From: Micropepsaceae bacterium
Lineage (GTDB): Bacteria; Pseudomonadota; Alphaproteobacteria; Micropepsales; Micropepsaceae
Length of the DNA: 64,000 nt
NCBI GenBank assembly: GCA_965227535.1
Contig: OZ245761.1
Location: 4,733,366-4,797,365 of the forward strand
Direction of reading: 5' to 3'
Part shown: positions 43,743-53,013 of the stretch, piece after piece
How the letters are laid out: each line of letters opens with the position of its first letter
How positions within the stretch are numbered: position 1 is the stretch's first letter
Position numbers and translations under genes: made by a program
The notes under the pieces: model-generated
The model's input: only the letters and a program-made list of their open reading frames with translations
Databases searched by the model: none
Told to the model about the DNA's origin: nothing

Positions 43743-44897
43743 ATGCAGGTGCAGTCGGCAGCGGTCGCGTGGCACATCTATCAACTAACACGTGACCCGT
43801 TCGCGCTCGCGTTGGTCGGCCTCGCACAATTCGGCCCGATGTTCGCGCTCACGCTCTACGCCGGCGACGTGGCAGACCGCTTCGAACGCCGCCGCATCCT
43901 CGCCGCCAGCTACTTCGTCGAAGCCGCATGCTCGGGCCTTTTCCTGGGTCTCATCTTGGCAGGCGTCACCGAGACGTGGCCGTATTTCTCGACGCTTGTC
44001 CTCTTCGGCGCCGCGCGGGCCTTCTCCGCACCAGCCTCGCAATCCTTCTTGCCGCAAATCGTTTCGTCGGAAGATTTGCCCCGCGCGATCTCGGTGGCGT
44101 CCACCGTGTTTCAAGTCGCCGTCATCGCCGGCCCCGCGATCGGCGGCGCAGTCCTGCTGCTCGGCACCGATGCCGCCTATGCAATTTCGCTCGTTCTCTT
44201 CTTGGCGGGCGCGACGCTGATCTACGGCATTCGCATGACGCCGAAGCCGCGCTTGGAAGCGTTACCCAGTTCGCTGTTCGCCCGCGTTGCAGAAGGCATT
44301 TCCTACGTGCGTCGCCGCCAAGAGATTTTCGGCGCGATCTCGCTCGACCTCTTCGCGGTACTGCTTGGCGGCGCAACGGCGCTGCTTCCCATATTCGCCA
44401 ATGACATCTTGCATGTCGGACCACTGGGTTTCGGCATCTTGAAGGCAGCCCCCGCCGTCGGCGCGGCCGTAACCTCCATCGCGCTGACCGCGTGGCCCAT
44501 CGGCCGTTTCGCAGGTGCGAAGATGTTCGCCTGCGTTGCCATCTTCGGCGTTGCAACAATCATCTTCGGCCTGTCGGAGAATTTCTATCTCTCGCTTGCC
44601 GCGCTGATCGTGTTGGGAGCAACCGACATGGTGAGCGTGAACGTCCGCCATTCGTTGACGCAGCTTGCAACACCAGACCACATGCGCGGCCGTGTTAGTG
44701 CGGTGAACATGCTTTTCATCGGCGCGTCGAACGAATTGGGCGAATTCGAATCCGGAATCACAGCTGGTTGGTGGGGAACGGTACCCGCGGTTATTGTCGG
44801 TGGTCTGGGCACCCTCGCCGTCGTAGGTATATGGGCCTATCTATTTCCCGCTCTGCGCAACGTCGATCGCTTGAGCGACCTTAAACCTGACCAGTGA
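43743..44897 (+). CDS. MFS transporter; the N-terminus is probably incomplete as called
   Basis: 11-12 TM segments and MFS-like loops. The first canonical start is at 43743, but the frame is open from 43629. It encodes ...GRTTIFTRNLLLFLGSRFAGTVA upstream, which looks like the genuine start of TM1. Confidence 0.8.
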   Translation: MQVQSAAVAWHIYQLTRDPFALALVGLAQFGPMFALTLYAGDVADRFERRRILAASYFVEAACSGLFLGLILAGVTETWPYFSTLVLFGAARAFSAPASQSFLPQIVSSEDLPRAISVASTVFQVAVIAGPAIGGAVLLLGTDAAYAISLVLFLAGATLIYGIRMTPKPRLEALPSSLFARVAEGISYVRRRQEIFGAISLDLFAVLLGGATALLPIFANDILHVGPLGFGILKAAPAVGAAVTSIALTAWPIGRFAGAKMFACVAIFGVATIIFGLSENFYLSLAALIVLGATDMVSVNVRHSLTQLATPDHMRGRVSAVNMLFIGASNELGEFESGITAGWWGTVPAVIVGGLGTLAVVGIWAYLFPALRNVDRLSDLKPDQ

Positions 44898-44909
44898 AAG
44901 GCGGTCCCG

Positions 44910-45329
44910 ATGGAACGCACGGCCATGTGTTGCTGCGGCCAGCTTCGCGCAAAAATCAATGGCGAGCCGACACGCGTCGTCATCTGCCATTGCTTCCAAT
45001 GCCAACGCCGCTCCGGCAGCGTGTTCAGCGACAACGCCTATTTCCCTCGCGCCGCTCTCCTCGCGGTTGAAGGCGAAGCGCACGAATTCTCCCGCCCCAG
45101 CGAGCGCGGTGGCAAGGTGACATTCCACTTCTGTCCGAAATGTGGATCGTCCGTGTACTGGGATCTGTCACTGGAACCCGGAATCGTGGGCATTGCCGTG
45201 GGAACCATGGCCGATCCTGGTTTTACCAAACCGTCACGATCGGTCTTCGGTGTTGCCCGTCACCATTGGGTTCCCGAGGTCGAGGGAACCGAGGCATTCC
45301 TTGCCGATCACTGGGGACCACGCGAGTAA
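44910..45329 (+). CDS. GFA (glutathione-dependent formaldehyde-activating / CENP-V-like) family protein
   Basis: CCGQLRAKINGEPTRVVICHCFQCQRRSG and FCPKCGSSV zinc-binding Cys clusters. Confidence 0.85.
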   Translation: MERTAMCCCGQLRAKINGEPTRVVICHCFQCQRRSGSVFSDNAYFPRAALLAVEGEAHEFSRPSERGGKVTFHFCPKCGSSVYWDLSLEPGIVGIAVGTMADPGFTKPSRSVFGVARHHWVPEVEGTEAFLADHWGPRE

Positions 45330-45447
45330 CTGCACGCAAAGGTTTGACATGGCCCGCCACACGTAAGCACAGTTGTCCTGATGCGTGGAGCCGGAACGGC
45401 GCATCGTCGTTATGTCCGGCTTGGGTAGTGTTGTGGGGGTTGTCTCA

Positions 45448-45954
45448 ATGCGAAATTGGATTGCGGGCGCGCTTGTCGCTGCCGCCACGACTGCAAGCGC
45501 GGGCGCAACGGAAATTCGCTTGGGCGTTCTCGCGCACGATCCGCTGATCCAGAAGGAAGGCGGCGTCGATATCAACGCCGAACTCTTCTTCAACGGCTGG
45601 ACCGGCAACGAAGGCGAATGGCAACTCCGCCCGTCGATCGGTGTCACCGCCAACCTCGAAGGTGACACCAGCTTCGCCTACGTCGATCTCAATTACGGCG
45701 GTCCGATCTCGGACTCTTTGTTCTTGGAATTCGCCGTCGGCGGCGCCATCCACGACGGCGAACTCGAAACGGCCGACCCGGACCGCAAAGAACTCGGCGG
45801 CCGCGTCCTTATCCACGCCGCGATCTCGCTTGGCGTCATGCTGACCGACAACATGTCGCTCTCGATCTATGGCGACCACATGTCGAACGCCGGCGTCGAA
45901 GAACGCAACGAAGGCCTGGAGACCCTGGGTCTGCGCGTCGGCTTCAAACTCTAA
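45448..45954 (+). CDS. PagL-like acyloxyacyl hydrolase (lipid A 3-O-deacylase family) outer-membrane protein
   Basis: Start reset to MRNWIAGALVAAATTASAGA (signal peptide). Beta-barrel pattern, HMSNAG (HxSN catalytic block), C-terminus GLRVGFKL. Confidence 0.8.
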   Translation: MRNWIAGALVAAATTASAGATEIRLGVLAHDPLIQKEGGVDINAELFFNGWTGNEGEWQLRPSIGVTANLEGDTSFAYVDLNYGGPISDSLFLEFAVGGAIHDGELETADPDRKELGGRVLIHAAISLGVMLTDNMSLSIYGDHMSNAGVEERNEGLETLGLRVGFKL

Positions 45955-45969
45955 CGCCATCCTTTACGT

Positions 45970-46114
45970 CGTCATGGCCGGGCCTGACCCGGCCACCCAG
46001 TGGCCGCGCGTCTGCGCGGCCTTAAGACTTTGTGTGTTCATCGAAAGTTGAAAGCGTTTACGGCGCGCACAGACGTGCGGCCACTGGGTGGCCGGGTCAG
46101 GCCCGGCCATGACG
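45970..46114. repeat. MITE/REP-like nested palindromic element, copy 2
   Basis: TIRs cgtcatggccgggcctgacccggccacccag (45970-46000) and ctgggtggccgggtcaggcccggccatgacg (46084-46114). Shares the internal boxes gccgcgcgtcYgcgcggcc and gcgcgcacagacgtgcg with copy 1 (11503-11641). Confidence 0.75.
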
Positions 46115-46123
46115 GGTGTGAGC

Positions 46124-47236
46124 TTACTTGATCAAGATGGCCGCGATGCGCTCGTTCTGCATCTCGGTCGATCCGTCCGTGTAGCTCGCAACCCGCGCTG
46201 ACGCGAGGTGCCGCAGGAACGGATACTCTTCGCGCAACCCCGCAGCCCCCATCAGCTGACAAGCATCCGAAATCCGCCCGACCGCCATGCGCGTCGCAAA
46301 CTTCTTCGCATGCGCCGAAGCCAACGCGGCGTCCTCATTGCGCGCAATCAAATCGGCAGCCTTCGCGACCAACAACCGCCCAGCCTCGACATCCGTCGCA
46401 ATGTCGGCAGCCATCCACCGCCAACCTTGCTTTGCCGACAGCGCACTACCGAACGCCTGCCGCGCCTTCCCGTAAGAAATCGCCGTCTCCAAACAAGCAT
46501 CGACCATCGCACAGCACATCGCCGCGACATACGTCCGCGCTTGATTGACGCCCGACATTGCCTTCTTGAACGCAGGCCCCGGCAAGGACACGACCTCATC
46601 CGCCGCCACGCGATAATTCACAAGCTTGAACCCGCCGGCCCCAATCACGCCGCCGCCCGCCAGCCGCTCATACGGCGTCCGCTCAAACCCCTCACGCCGC
46701 CCATCGACCAAGAACGATCCGATCCCGCGCGCACCGGCGCCGGGATCCGTCTGCGCATAAGCGATGAACACGTCGCCGAACGCCGCGTTGGTGATCCATC
46801 CCTTCTCGCCGTTCAGCACCCAACTGTCGCCCTCTTTCACCGCACGCGTCTTGATCCCGCCAAAGTCGCTACCCGCGTTGGGCTCACTCAGCGCACTCCC
46901 GCCGAACCGCTCGCCCGCCAGCATCGCGGGGACATAACGCTCCGCCACCGCCCGCGGCATCTCAGAGGCAATCCGCGCGGCACACCCGGCCGTGTTGGTG
47001 AGGCTGAACGCAAAGTCATACGAATGCCGCGACAGCAATTCGAGCAACCGAAGCTTGTCGTGAAAACCAAGCGCGCTTCCGCCCCAATCCTTCGACGTCT
47101 GAAAGGAAAGCAATCCAACTTTAGCCGCCGCCTTCAAGGCATCGACGGCCATCACGCCATCGCGCGCCCACCGCGCCGCGTTAGGCGCGACATGCGCCGC
47201 CGAAAACGCATGCGCCTTCTCCAACAGCTCGCTCAA
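46124..47236 (-). CDS. Acyl-CoA dehydrogenase
   Basis: ACAD fold motifs (WGGSALG, GSDFGGIKTRA, WITNA, ...YTDGSTEMQ). No in-frame ATG precedes the conserved N-terminus. A TTG at 47236 overlaps the TGA of the upstream ligase gene (TTTGA), which suggests translational coupling. Confidence 0.85.
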   Translation of the reverse strand: MSELLEKAHAFSAAHVAPNAARWARDGVMAVDALKAAAKVGLLSFQTSKDWGGSALGFHDKLRLLELLSRHSYDFAFSLTNTAGCAARIASEMPRAVAERYVPAMLAGERFGGSALSEPNAGSDFGGIKTRAVKEGDSWVLNGEKGWITNAAFGDVFIAYAQTDPGAGARGIGSFLVDGRREGFERTPYERLAGGGVIGAGGFKLVNYRVAADEVVSLPGPAFKKAMSGVNQARTYVAAMCCAMVDACLETAISYGKARQAFGSALSAKQGWRWMAADIATDVEAGRLLVAKAADLIARNEDAALASAHAKKFATRMAVGRISDACQLMGAAGLREEYPFLRHLASARVASYTDGSTEMQNERIAAILIK

Positions 47237-48843
47237 AGGCCGAGCGCCTTTCGCGCAAACGCCGTCGTCGCCGCGTAATCCGCCTTGCCGTTCGGCGCGC
47301 GGAACAGCCGCTCGATCGCGACAATCCGCTTCGGTGTTTTGTATCCGGCGAGCGCGCCGCGCACATGCTTGCGCAGTTCTTCTTCGTCGAACCGCGCACC
47401 AGGCGACAGCTCGACGACACCTGTCACCGCATTGCCCCACTTATCGTCCGGCACACCAACGACCAGCGCATCCTCAACCGCCGCGTGCAGCTTCAAAATC
47501 TCTTCGACCTCTTCCGGATAGACCTTCTCGCCGGCCGTATTGATGCAAACGCTGCCGCGGCCCAGCAACGTGATCGACCCATCCTGATGCAGCTGGCAGT
47601 AATCGCCCGGGATCGACCACCGCCGCCCGCCGATCGTGGGAAACGTCTTCGCCGACTTCGCCGGATCCTTCCAATAGCCGACCGGAATATTCCCGCCGCG
47701 CGCAATGAACCCGGGCTCAGCCGCGCCGGGCGACAGCGGCTTGTGATCGACCGTGAACACCTGAACGTCGTTGCCGAGCGTGAACTTCGCCGTAGCGACC
47801 TCGCCGTCCTTCGTCGTAACCGCCATGCCAAACCCGACCGCCTCCGACGACCCAAATGAATCGATGAGCGTCACCTGCGGAATATGCTTGATGATCCCGT
47901 GCTTGACTTCCTGGCTCCACATCACGCCGGAGGAAATGATCATCACCAACGCCGACAAATCCCACCGCCCAGGATTCTCGTCCAACGCCCGCAGCATCGG
48001 CTTAGCGAACGCGTCACCCACAATCGCAATCTGCTGAGCCTTATGTTTCGCCGAAGCATCCCAAAGCTCCACCGCATCCAGACTTGGCGCTTCAAGCGTG
48101 ATCACGCACCCGCCCATGGCCAGAGCACCGAACGAGGTCAGCAATCCCGTCCCATGCATCTGCGGACAAGCCGGAATGAACCGGTTGCCCGGCCCTTGCT
48201 CGCGCACGATCTCCGCGTGCTCGGCATAGTTCGTCGGCACCTTCGCCATCAGCGCCGGGTTCAACTGCGTCTGCCGCAAGTCGTCATGCCGCCACATCAC
48301 GCCCTTTGGCATGCCGGTCGTGCCGCCGGTGTAGAGAAAGAACAAGTCGTCCGGCGACCGCGCGATGCCCAAATCGCCCGTCGCCTGCGCCGCGATGAAC
48401 CTCTCGTAGTCCTGCGCGAAGCCGGGCAGGGGCGTATCGTCGATCTTCACCTGCAGCCACGTCCTCACCCCCGGCAGCCGCCCGCGGACGTCGGCGATCA
48501 GCGGCGCAAACTCGCTGCCGTAAACGACGATGCGCGCATCCGAATTGTCGAAGATGTAGAAAAGCTCGTCCGCCTTATAGCGATAGTTCACGTTCACATG
48601 AACGAACCGCCCCTTAAACCCGGCGACGGTGGCCTCCATGTACTCCGGCCGGTTGCGGATCAAGATCGCAAGCTTATCGTCCGCCTGATGCCCGGCGGAA
48701 ATCAGCCCGCGCGCCAGCGCATTCGTCCGCGCATGAAAATCGCGCCACGTCGTAACCTTGTCGGCATGGATTAAAGCCGGCGCATCGCCCGGCACCACTT
48801 TCGCAACCGCATCAAAAATATCGCCGAAATTCCAGCCCGACAT
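47233..48843 (-). CDS. Acyl-CoA synthetase / AMP-dependent ligase
   Basis: Start reset to MSGWNFGDIF (GGAGGA RBS). YTGGTTGMPKGV AMP-binding motif, GDY...DGSITLLGR, C-terminus PNGKADY. Confidence 0.9.
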   Translation of the reverse strand: MSGWNFGDIFDAVAKVVPGDAPALIHADKVTTWRDFHARTNALARGLISAGHQADDKLAILIRNRPEYMEATVAGFKGRFVHVNVNYRYKADELFYIFDNSDARIVVYGSEFAPLIADVRGRLPGVRTWLQVKIDDTPLPGFAQDYERFIAAQATGDLGIARSPDDLFFLYTGGTTGMPKGVMWRHDDLRQTQLNPALMAKVPTNYAEHAEIVREQGPGNRFIPACPQMHGTGLLTSFGALAMGGCVITLEAPSLDAVELWDASAKHKAQQIAIVGDAFAKPMLRALDENPGRWDLSALVMIISSGVMWSQEVKHGIIKHIPQVTLIDSFGSSEAVGFGMAVTTKDGEVATAKFTLGNDVQVFTVDHKPLSPGAAEPGFIARGGNIPVGYWKDPAKSAKTFPTIGGRRWSIPGDYCQLHQDGSITLLGRGSVCINTAGEKVYPEEVEEILKLHAAVEDALVVGVPDDKWGNAVTGVVELSPGARFDEEELRKHVRGALAGYKTPKRIVAIERLFRAPNGKADYAATTAFARKALGL

Positions 48844-48982
48844 ACCCAATTCCTCCAATATCTTTTGCCGGAGCGTACCCCAATTCCGCTGCCCGGCAAG
48901 CATGCGCAGCGTGCGTTTGCCCGTTGCACGCCCGCGTCCACTCCGCAATCATCCGCCCAACGAAGATATGAGGAGGCCGCCG

Positions 48983-50173
48983 ATGCCCTATGTCGCCAAC
49001 CGTGTCATCCACGACGCCGACTCGCATCTGATGGAACTGGCTGATTGCCTCGATGGGTTCATGGATTCCGACACGCGCGCCCGCTACGACGCGCTGCCGA
49101 AAGTGAAGGCGTGGCCGCGCGACGGCAAATGGGTGACCGACGCACGCGCCAAACAAGCTGACCCCGCATTCCGCAAAGACGCCGCCGAAAACATTCTCCT
49201 GCGCAAGAACTACGAAGCCCTCGGCGCCTTCACGAAGGAAGACCGCCCGCGCGCACTCGACGAACTGGGTTTCGCGAGCCAACTCGTGTTCACCACTTGG
49301 TGCCTCGGTAACTTTGCGCTCGACCAGTCGAACGACATCGACCTCGCCTACAAGTCGGCAGAGGCCCACAACCGCATGATGGCCGCCTTCTGCGCCGTCG
49401 ATCGACGCTTCCTCGGCACGGCCTACGTCCCGCTCGCCGACTTCGACCGCGCCAAAGAAACCGCGCGCAACGCCATCGCCATGGGCCTCAAAGGCTTGAT
49501 GATCCCCTCGCGCTGCCCGAACGGCCATTCGCCAAGCCACATCGCCTTCGATCCAGTCTGGCGCATGGCGGAAGAAGCGCGCCTGCCCATCCTCTTCCAT
49601 GTCGGCGGCGAGGAGAAGATCAACCCCGACTACTTCAACAACGGCCTGCCAAAGGTGAAGGACTTCCACGGCGGCGAAGAAAATTTCACCTCCGTCAGCT
49701 TCATGATGATCCCGCACTCGGTGATGCTCACGCTCGCCGCACTGATCTTCGACGGCGTCCTCGACCGCCATCCGAACCTAAAGATCGGCGCGATCGAACT
49801 CGGCGCGTCGTGGCTACCCAGCTGGATGCGCTACCTCGACGCCGGCGCCGACGCCTTCCGCAAGGGCGAAGAGCGTCTGAAGAAACTGACGCTGAAACCC
49901 AGCGACTACGTCAAACGCCAAGTCCGGGTCACGCCATACCCGCACGAAGACGCCGGCTGGATCATCCAAAACAGCAGCGACGACATCTGCCTCTTCTCCT
50001 CCGACTACCCGCACGTCGAAGGCGGCCGCAACCCACTCAAACGCTTCGACGAAAGCCTCGCCGCCGTCTCGCCCCAGGCACGCGAAAACTTCTACGCTGA
50101 AAACTTCATCGACCTGATGGGCGAGGGCCTCCCCGCCGACCTCCGCCACCCGAAACAGCGGACCGCCGCATGA
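48983..50173 (+). CDS. Amidohydrolase_2 (ACMSD-like) family metal-dependent hydrolase
   Basis: Start reset to MPYVANRVIHDADSHL (GAGGAGG RBS). HxH-like DADSH, ...ILFHVGG..., FSSDYPHVEG. Confidence 0.85.
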   Translation: MPYVANRVIHDADSHLMELADCLDGFMDSDTRARYDALPKVKAWPRDGKWVTDARAKQADPAFRKDAAENILLRKNYEALGAFTKEDRPRALDELGFASQLVFTTWCLGNFALDQSNDIDLAYKSAEAHNRMMAAFCAVDRRFLGTAYVPLADFDRAKETARNAIAMGLKGLMIPSRCPNGHSPSHIAFDPVWRMAEEARLPILFHVGGEEKINPDYFNNGLPKVKDFHGGEENFTSVSFMMIPHSVMLTLAALIFDGVLDRHPNLKIGAIELGASWLPSWMRYLDAGADAFRKGEERLKKLTLKPSDYVKRQVRVTPYPHEDAGWIIQNSSDDICLFSSDYPHVEGGRNPLKRFDESLAAVSPQARENFYAENFIDLMGEGLPADLRHPKQRTAA

Positions 50174-50231
50174 AGATCGTCCGCCGCGCCACGATCCACG
50201 ACACGCAGCGCGAACCCTTCCGCGAGGTCAA

Positions 50232-50705
50232 ATGAGGATCCCCGCCATGCCGCCCTGGCGCCTGCCGAAATCGCTGGCCGGCCTCGCACCCATGGCAAAG
50301 CCCGTGGCGCTTTACGCCCTCGCCCTCGCCACGGGGGCGTTCGCGCTCGAATGGCTCGAGTACAAATACGTCACCCGCGCCTTCGCGACCGAGATCTACG
50401 TGGTCCTAATCGCGCTCGCATTCACGGGCCTCGGCATCTGGGCCGGCTACCGCCTCACCCCGAAGACCACCGCCCGCCCGTTCGAACGGAACGAGGCGGC
50501 CCGAAAAGCGCTGGGCTTGACCGACCGGGAATTCGAAGTGCTGGAACGCCTGGCCGCCGGCGACGCCAATAAGGAGATCGCGCGAGCGCTCGATATCTCC
50601 CCCAACACCATCAAGACCCACATCGCCAACCTCTTCCAAAAGCTGGAAGTTGAGCGTCGCACCCAGGCGATCCAAAAGGCGCGCGAGCTCCGCCTCATCC
50701 CCTAA
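50232..50705 (+). CDS. Membrane-anchored LuxR/GerE-type transcriptional regulator
   Basis: Two N-terminal TM helices, then LTDREFEVLERLAAGDANKEIARALDISPNTIKTHIANLFQKLEV. The start may instead be MAKPVAL at 50292. Confidence 0.75.
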   Translation: MRIPAMPPWRLPKSLAGLAPMAKPVALYALALATGAFALEWLEYKYVTRAFATEIYVVLIALAFTGLGIWAGYRLTPKTTARPFERNEAARKALGLTDREFEVLERLAAGDANKEIARALDISPNTIKTHIANLFQKLEVERRTQAIQKARELRLIP

Positions 50706-50820
50706 AAACTGTCGCCTCAATGGCGGATTTTCGCGAAATCACCCTTTGGGGCGATACCGAAACCGCCCATTCCCACGTATGCGATGAGGGGACGACAGCG
50801 GCACGAGGGGGGCATCAGCC

Positions 50821-51306
50821 ATGCACTCGCAAGACGTCACGCGCCGCGCGGCGCTGGCGCTGACAGCAGCCGCAGCGATGGCCGCCCAAGCGCAAGCGAT
50901 GGGTCTGACACCAAAGGGAGAGATACAGATGGAACGCATAACTGGAATCGGCGGCTTCTTCTTCCGCTCGAAGGACCCCAAGGGGCTCGCCGCCTGGTAC
51001 CAGAAGAACTTCGGCATCACGACGGTGCCTGAGGACTACGACGGGCAGCCCTGGCGTCAGGAGGCGGGCACGACGGTCTTCGCGCCCTTCAAGCAAGACA
51101 CCAGCTACTTCGGCGATATGCGCCTGCAGTGGATGATCAATTTCCGCGTCCGTGATCTGGACAAGATGGTGGCGCAACTGCGCGCGAACGGCTCGACGGT
51201 CGAGGTCAATCCCGAAACCTACCCCAACGGGCGCTTCGCCAAACTGAACGACCCGGAAGGAAACCCGATCGAGCTTTGGGAACCCGGCGGCGTCGACAAA
51301 AGCTAA
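50821..51306 (+). CDS. VOC-family protein with a Tat-type signal peptide
   Basis: TRRAALALTAAAAMAAQAQA twin-arginine leader. Glyoxalase-like GIGGFFFRSKDPKGLAAWY...FAKLNDPEGNPIELWEP. Confidence 0.75.
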   Translation: MHSQDVTRRAALALTAAAAMAAQAQAMGLTPKGEIQMERITGIGGFFFRSKDPKGLAAWYQKNFGITTVPEDYDGQPWRQEAGTTVFAPFKQDTSYFGDMRLQWMINFRVRDLDKMVAQLRANGSTVEVNPETYPNGRFAKLNDPEGNPIELWEPGGVDKS

Positions 51307-51353
51307 CCGCCGACCGGACAGCCTCGCTCAACAACCCGCAAAGGGCACAGCCC

Positions 51354-51893
51354 ATGACCAACTACATCTTCCTCTTCGGCACCTTCGCCGGCCTGATCAT
51401 CATCGGCGCGATGATCGCTCTCATGGTGGCCGGGGCCGACAGCCCGGACTCCTGGTGGGCGCACTCGATGTATCTCGGCTACCTCATCATGTTCGTCGCG
51501 CTGTCGATGATCTTTTTCGCCGTGAAACGCTATCGCGATCAGGACCTGGGCGGCGTTATCAAGTTCATGCCCGCCTTCCTGATGGGCGTCGGAGTCGCGA
51601 TGGTCGCCGGGATCATCTACGTCCTCGTCTGGGAGGTCTATCTGGCGGCGACGAACTACACTTTCATGGACGCCTACGTGGCCGGGATGCTCGAGTCCGA
51701 GCGCGCCAAAGGCATGTCCGCCGAGGCGCTCAATGCCATGGCCAAGGAACTTGAAACGTTCAAGGTTCAGTACAAGGACCCGCTCTTCCGCCTCCCCATG
51801 ACGTTCCTCGAAATCTTCCCGGTCGGCCTCATCGTGGCCCTGATCTCGGCCGCCATCCTGCGCAACCCGCGCGCGCTGCCCGCGCAAGCTTAA
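51354..51893 (+). CDS. DUF4199-like membrane protein
   Basis: Start reset to MTNYIFLFGTFAGLIIIGAMI. Four TM segments, with the central helical insert typical of DUF4199. Confidence 0.7.
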   Translation: MTNYIFLFGTFAGLIIIGAMIALMVAGADSPDSWWAHSMYLGYLIMFVALSMIFFAVKRYRDQDLGGVIKFMPAFLMGVGVAMVAGIIYVLVWEVYLAATNYTFMDAYVAGMLESERAKGMSAEALNAMAKELETFKVQYKDPLFRLPMTFLEIFPVGLIVALISAAILRNPRALPAQA

Positions 51894-51898
51894 GCGAG

Positions 51899-51939
51899 GC
51901 GAGAAGGCGGGCGAGGGCAACCAATGCCCGCCTCCTCGC
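51899..51939 (+). terminator. Strong hairpin downstream of the DUF4199 gene (possible terminator)
   Basis: gcgagaaggcgggc (51899-51912) pairs with gcccgcctcctcgc (51926-51939), 13/14. No T-run follows, so confidence is low. Confidence 0.35.
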
Positions 51940-52068
51940 GAATCTGCTCAATCCCGAAACACGCACCACGCGAATACGAGCGCGTCCAGACGAAACCCTT
52001 TGGTGCGCCGCCATACCTATGCCTTGATCGGCCCGAACTATCGCGTCCGGGTATGAGGGCAAGTACGC

Positions 52069-52971
52069 ATGTCGGGACTAGAGTTGCTGTTGACGCCCGA
52101 AAACGTGGCGACATTTCTGACGCTGACGTTCCTCGAAATCGTACTGGCCGGCGACAACCTCGTCCTTATCGCGATCCTCGCCAGCAAATTGCCGGAGCAT
52201 CAACGCCCGCTCGCCCGCCGTCTCGGCCTCCTGGCCGCCGTCGTCACGCGAATCCTGCTGCTCTTGTCGCTCTTCTGGCTCTCTCATCTTGAGGCGCCGA
52301 TCAAGCTCTCCGACACGCTCTCGATCACGCCGCGCGAAATCGTCTTTACCGTCGGCGGCATCTTCCTGCTCTGGAAGTCGATCACGGAATTGTTCGCGGT
52401 CCTGTTCGGCATCGAACCTGGACCGAACGTCAAGACAGTGCATCAGGCGTTCATGTGGGTGATCCTGCAGATCGCCTTCTTCGACATCATCTTCTCCCTC
52501 GACAGCGTCATAGCCGCCATCGGCATCGCCGAGCACGTGGAGATTATGGTCGCCGCCATTCTGGTCGCGACCGCCGTGATGTTCTTCCTGGTAAACCCCA
52601 TCTCGACCTTCATCGAAAGCCACCGCATCGTGAAGGTGGCGGCGCTCGACCTCTTGGTCCTGATCGGCGCGTTCTTGATCGCCGAGGCCTTCCATTTCGA
52701 ACTGCCCAAGATCGAGCTCTACGCCGCTCTCGTCGTGGTGCTGATCTTCCAGGCGCTGCTGCTATGGCTTCGCGGCCTCCCGCGCAACGTGCGCTATGGG
52801 CTCATCATCCTGGGAACGGTCGGCCTCGCGGCCTTCGCCATCCTCCTCGTGAGGGATCCGGCATTGGCCGATGATCTGCGCGCCCGCACGCTGGACGCCT
52901 GGCACACGGTAACCAAGGCGATGAACGACACGGCCGAGTCCGTCAAACGAATGCTGCCCGCGAAGAAATAG
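52069..52971 (+). CDS. TerC-family integral membrane protein
   Basis: LTFLEIVLAGDNLVLIAILA and FSLDSVIAAIGIA are the paired TerC motifs. About 7-9 TM segments. Confidence 0.9.
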   Translation: MSGLELLLTPENVATFLTLTFLEIVLAGDNLVLIAILASKLPEHQRPLARRLGLLAAVVTRILLLLSLFWLSHLEAPIKLSDTLSITPREIVFTVGGIFLLWKSITELFAVLFGIEPGPNVKTVHQAFMWVILQIAFFDIIFSLDSVIAAIGIAEHVEIMVAAILVATAVMFFLVNPISTFIESHRIVKVAALDLLVLIGAFLIAEAFHFELPKIELYAALVVVLIFQALLLWLRGLPRNVRYGLIILGTVGLAAFAILLVRDPALADDLRARTLDAWHTVTKAMNDTAESVKRMLPAKK

Positions 52972-53013
52972 GGCGCTTGCGGAAAGCCCCGTTCCGCCCG
53001 TAAACAGCGCCGC

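Noticed and set aside
47237-47440. The track's 5' extension of the acyl-CoA dehydrogenase ORF to 47440, and similar long N-terminal extensions of many other ORFs.
   Set aside because: The extensions overlap the 3' end of the upstream ligase gene, or upstream intergenic DNA, and encode Arg-rich junk. Conserved family N-termini, RBS-like tracts or stop/start overlaps support the shorter starts listed in the features.
51940-52068. Possible yybP-ykoY (manganese) riboswitch upstream of the TerC-family gene.
   Set aside because: TerC/Alx genes are often riboswitch-controlled, but I could not find the conserved GGGGAGUAG / GAGAC / UUGUCA-type elements of that RNA in the 175-nt leader. A covariance-model scan (Infernal/Rfam) would settle it.
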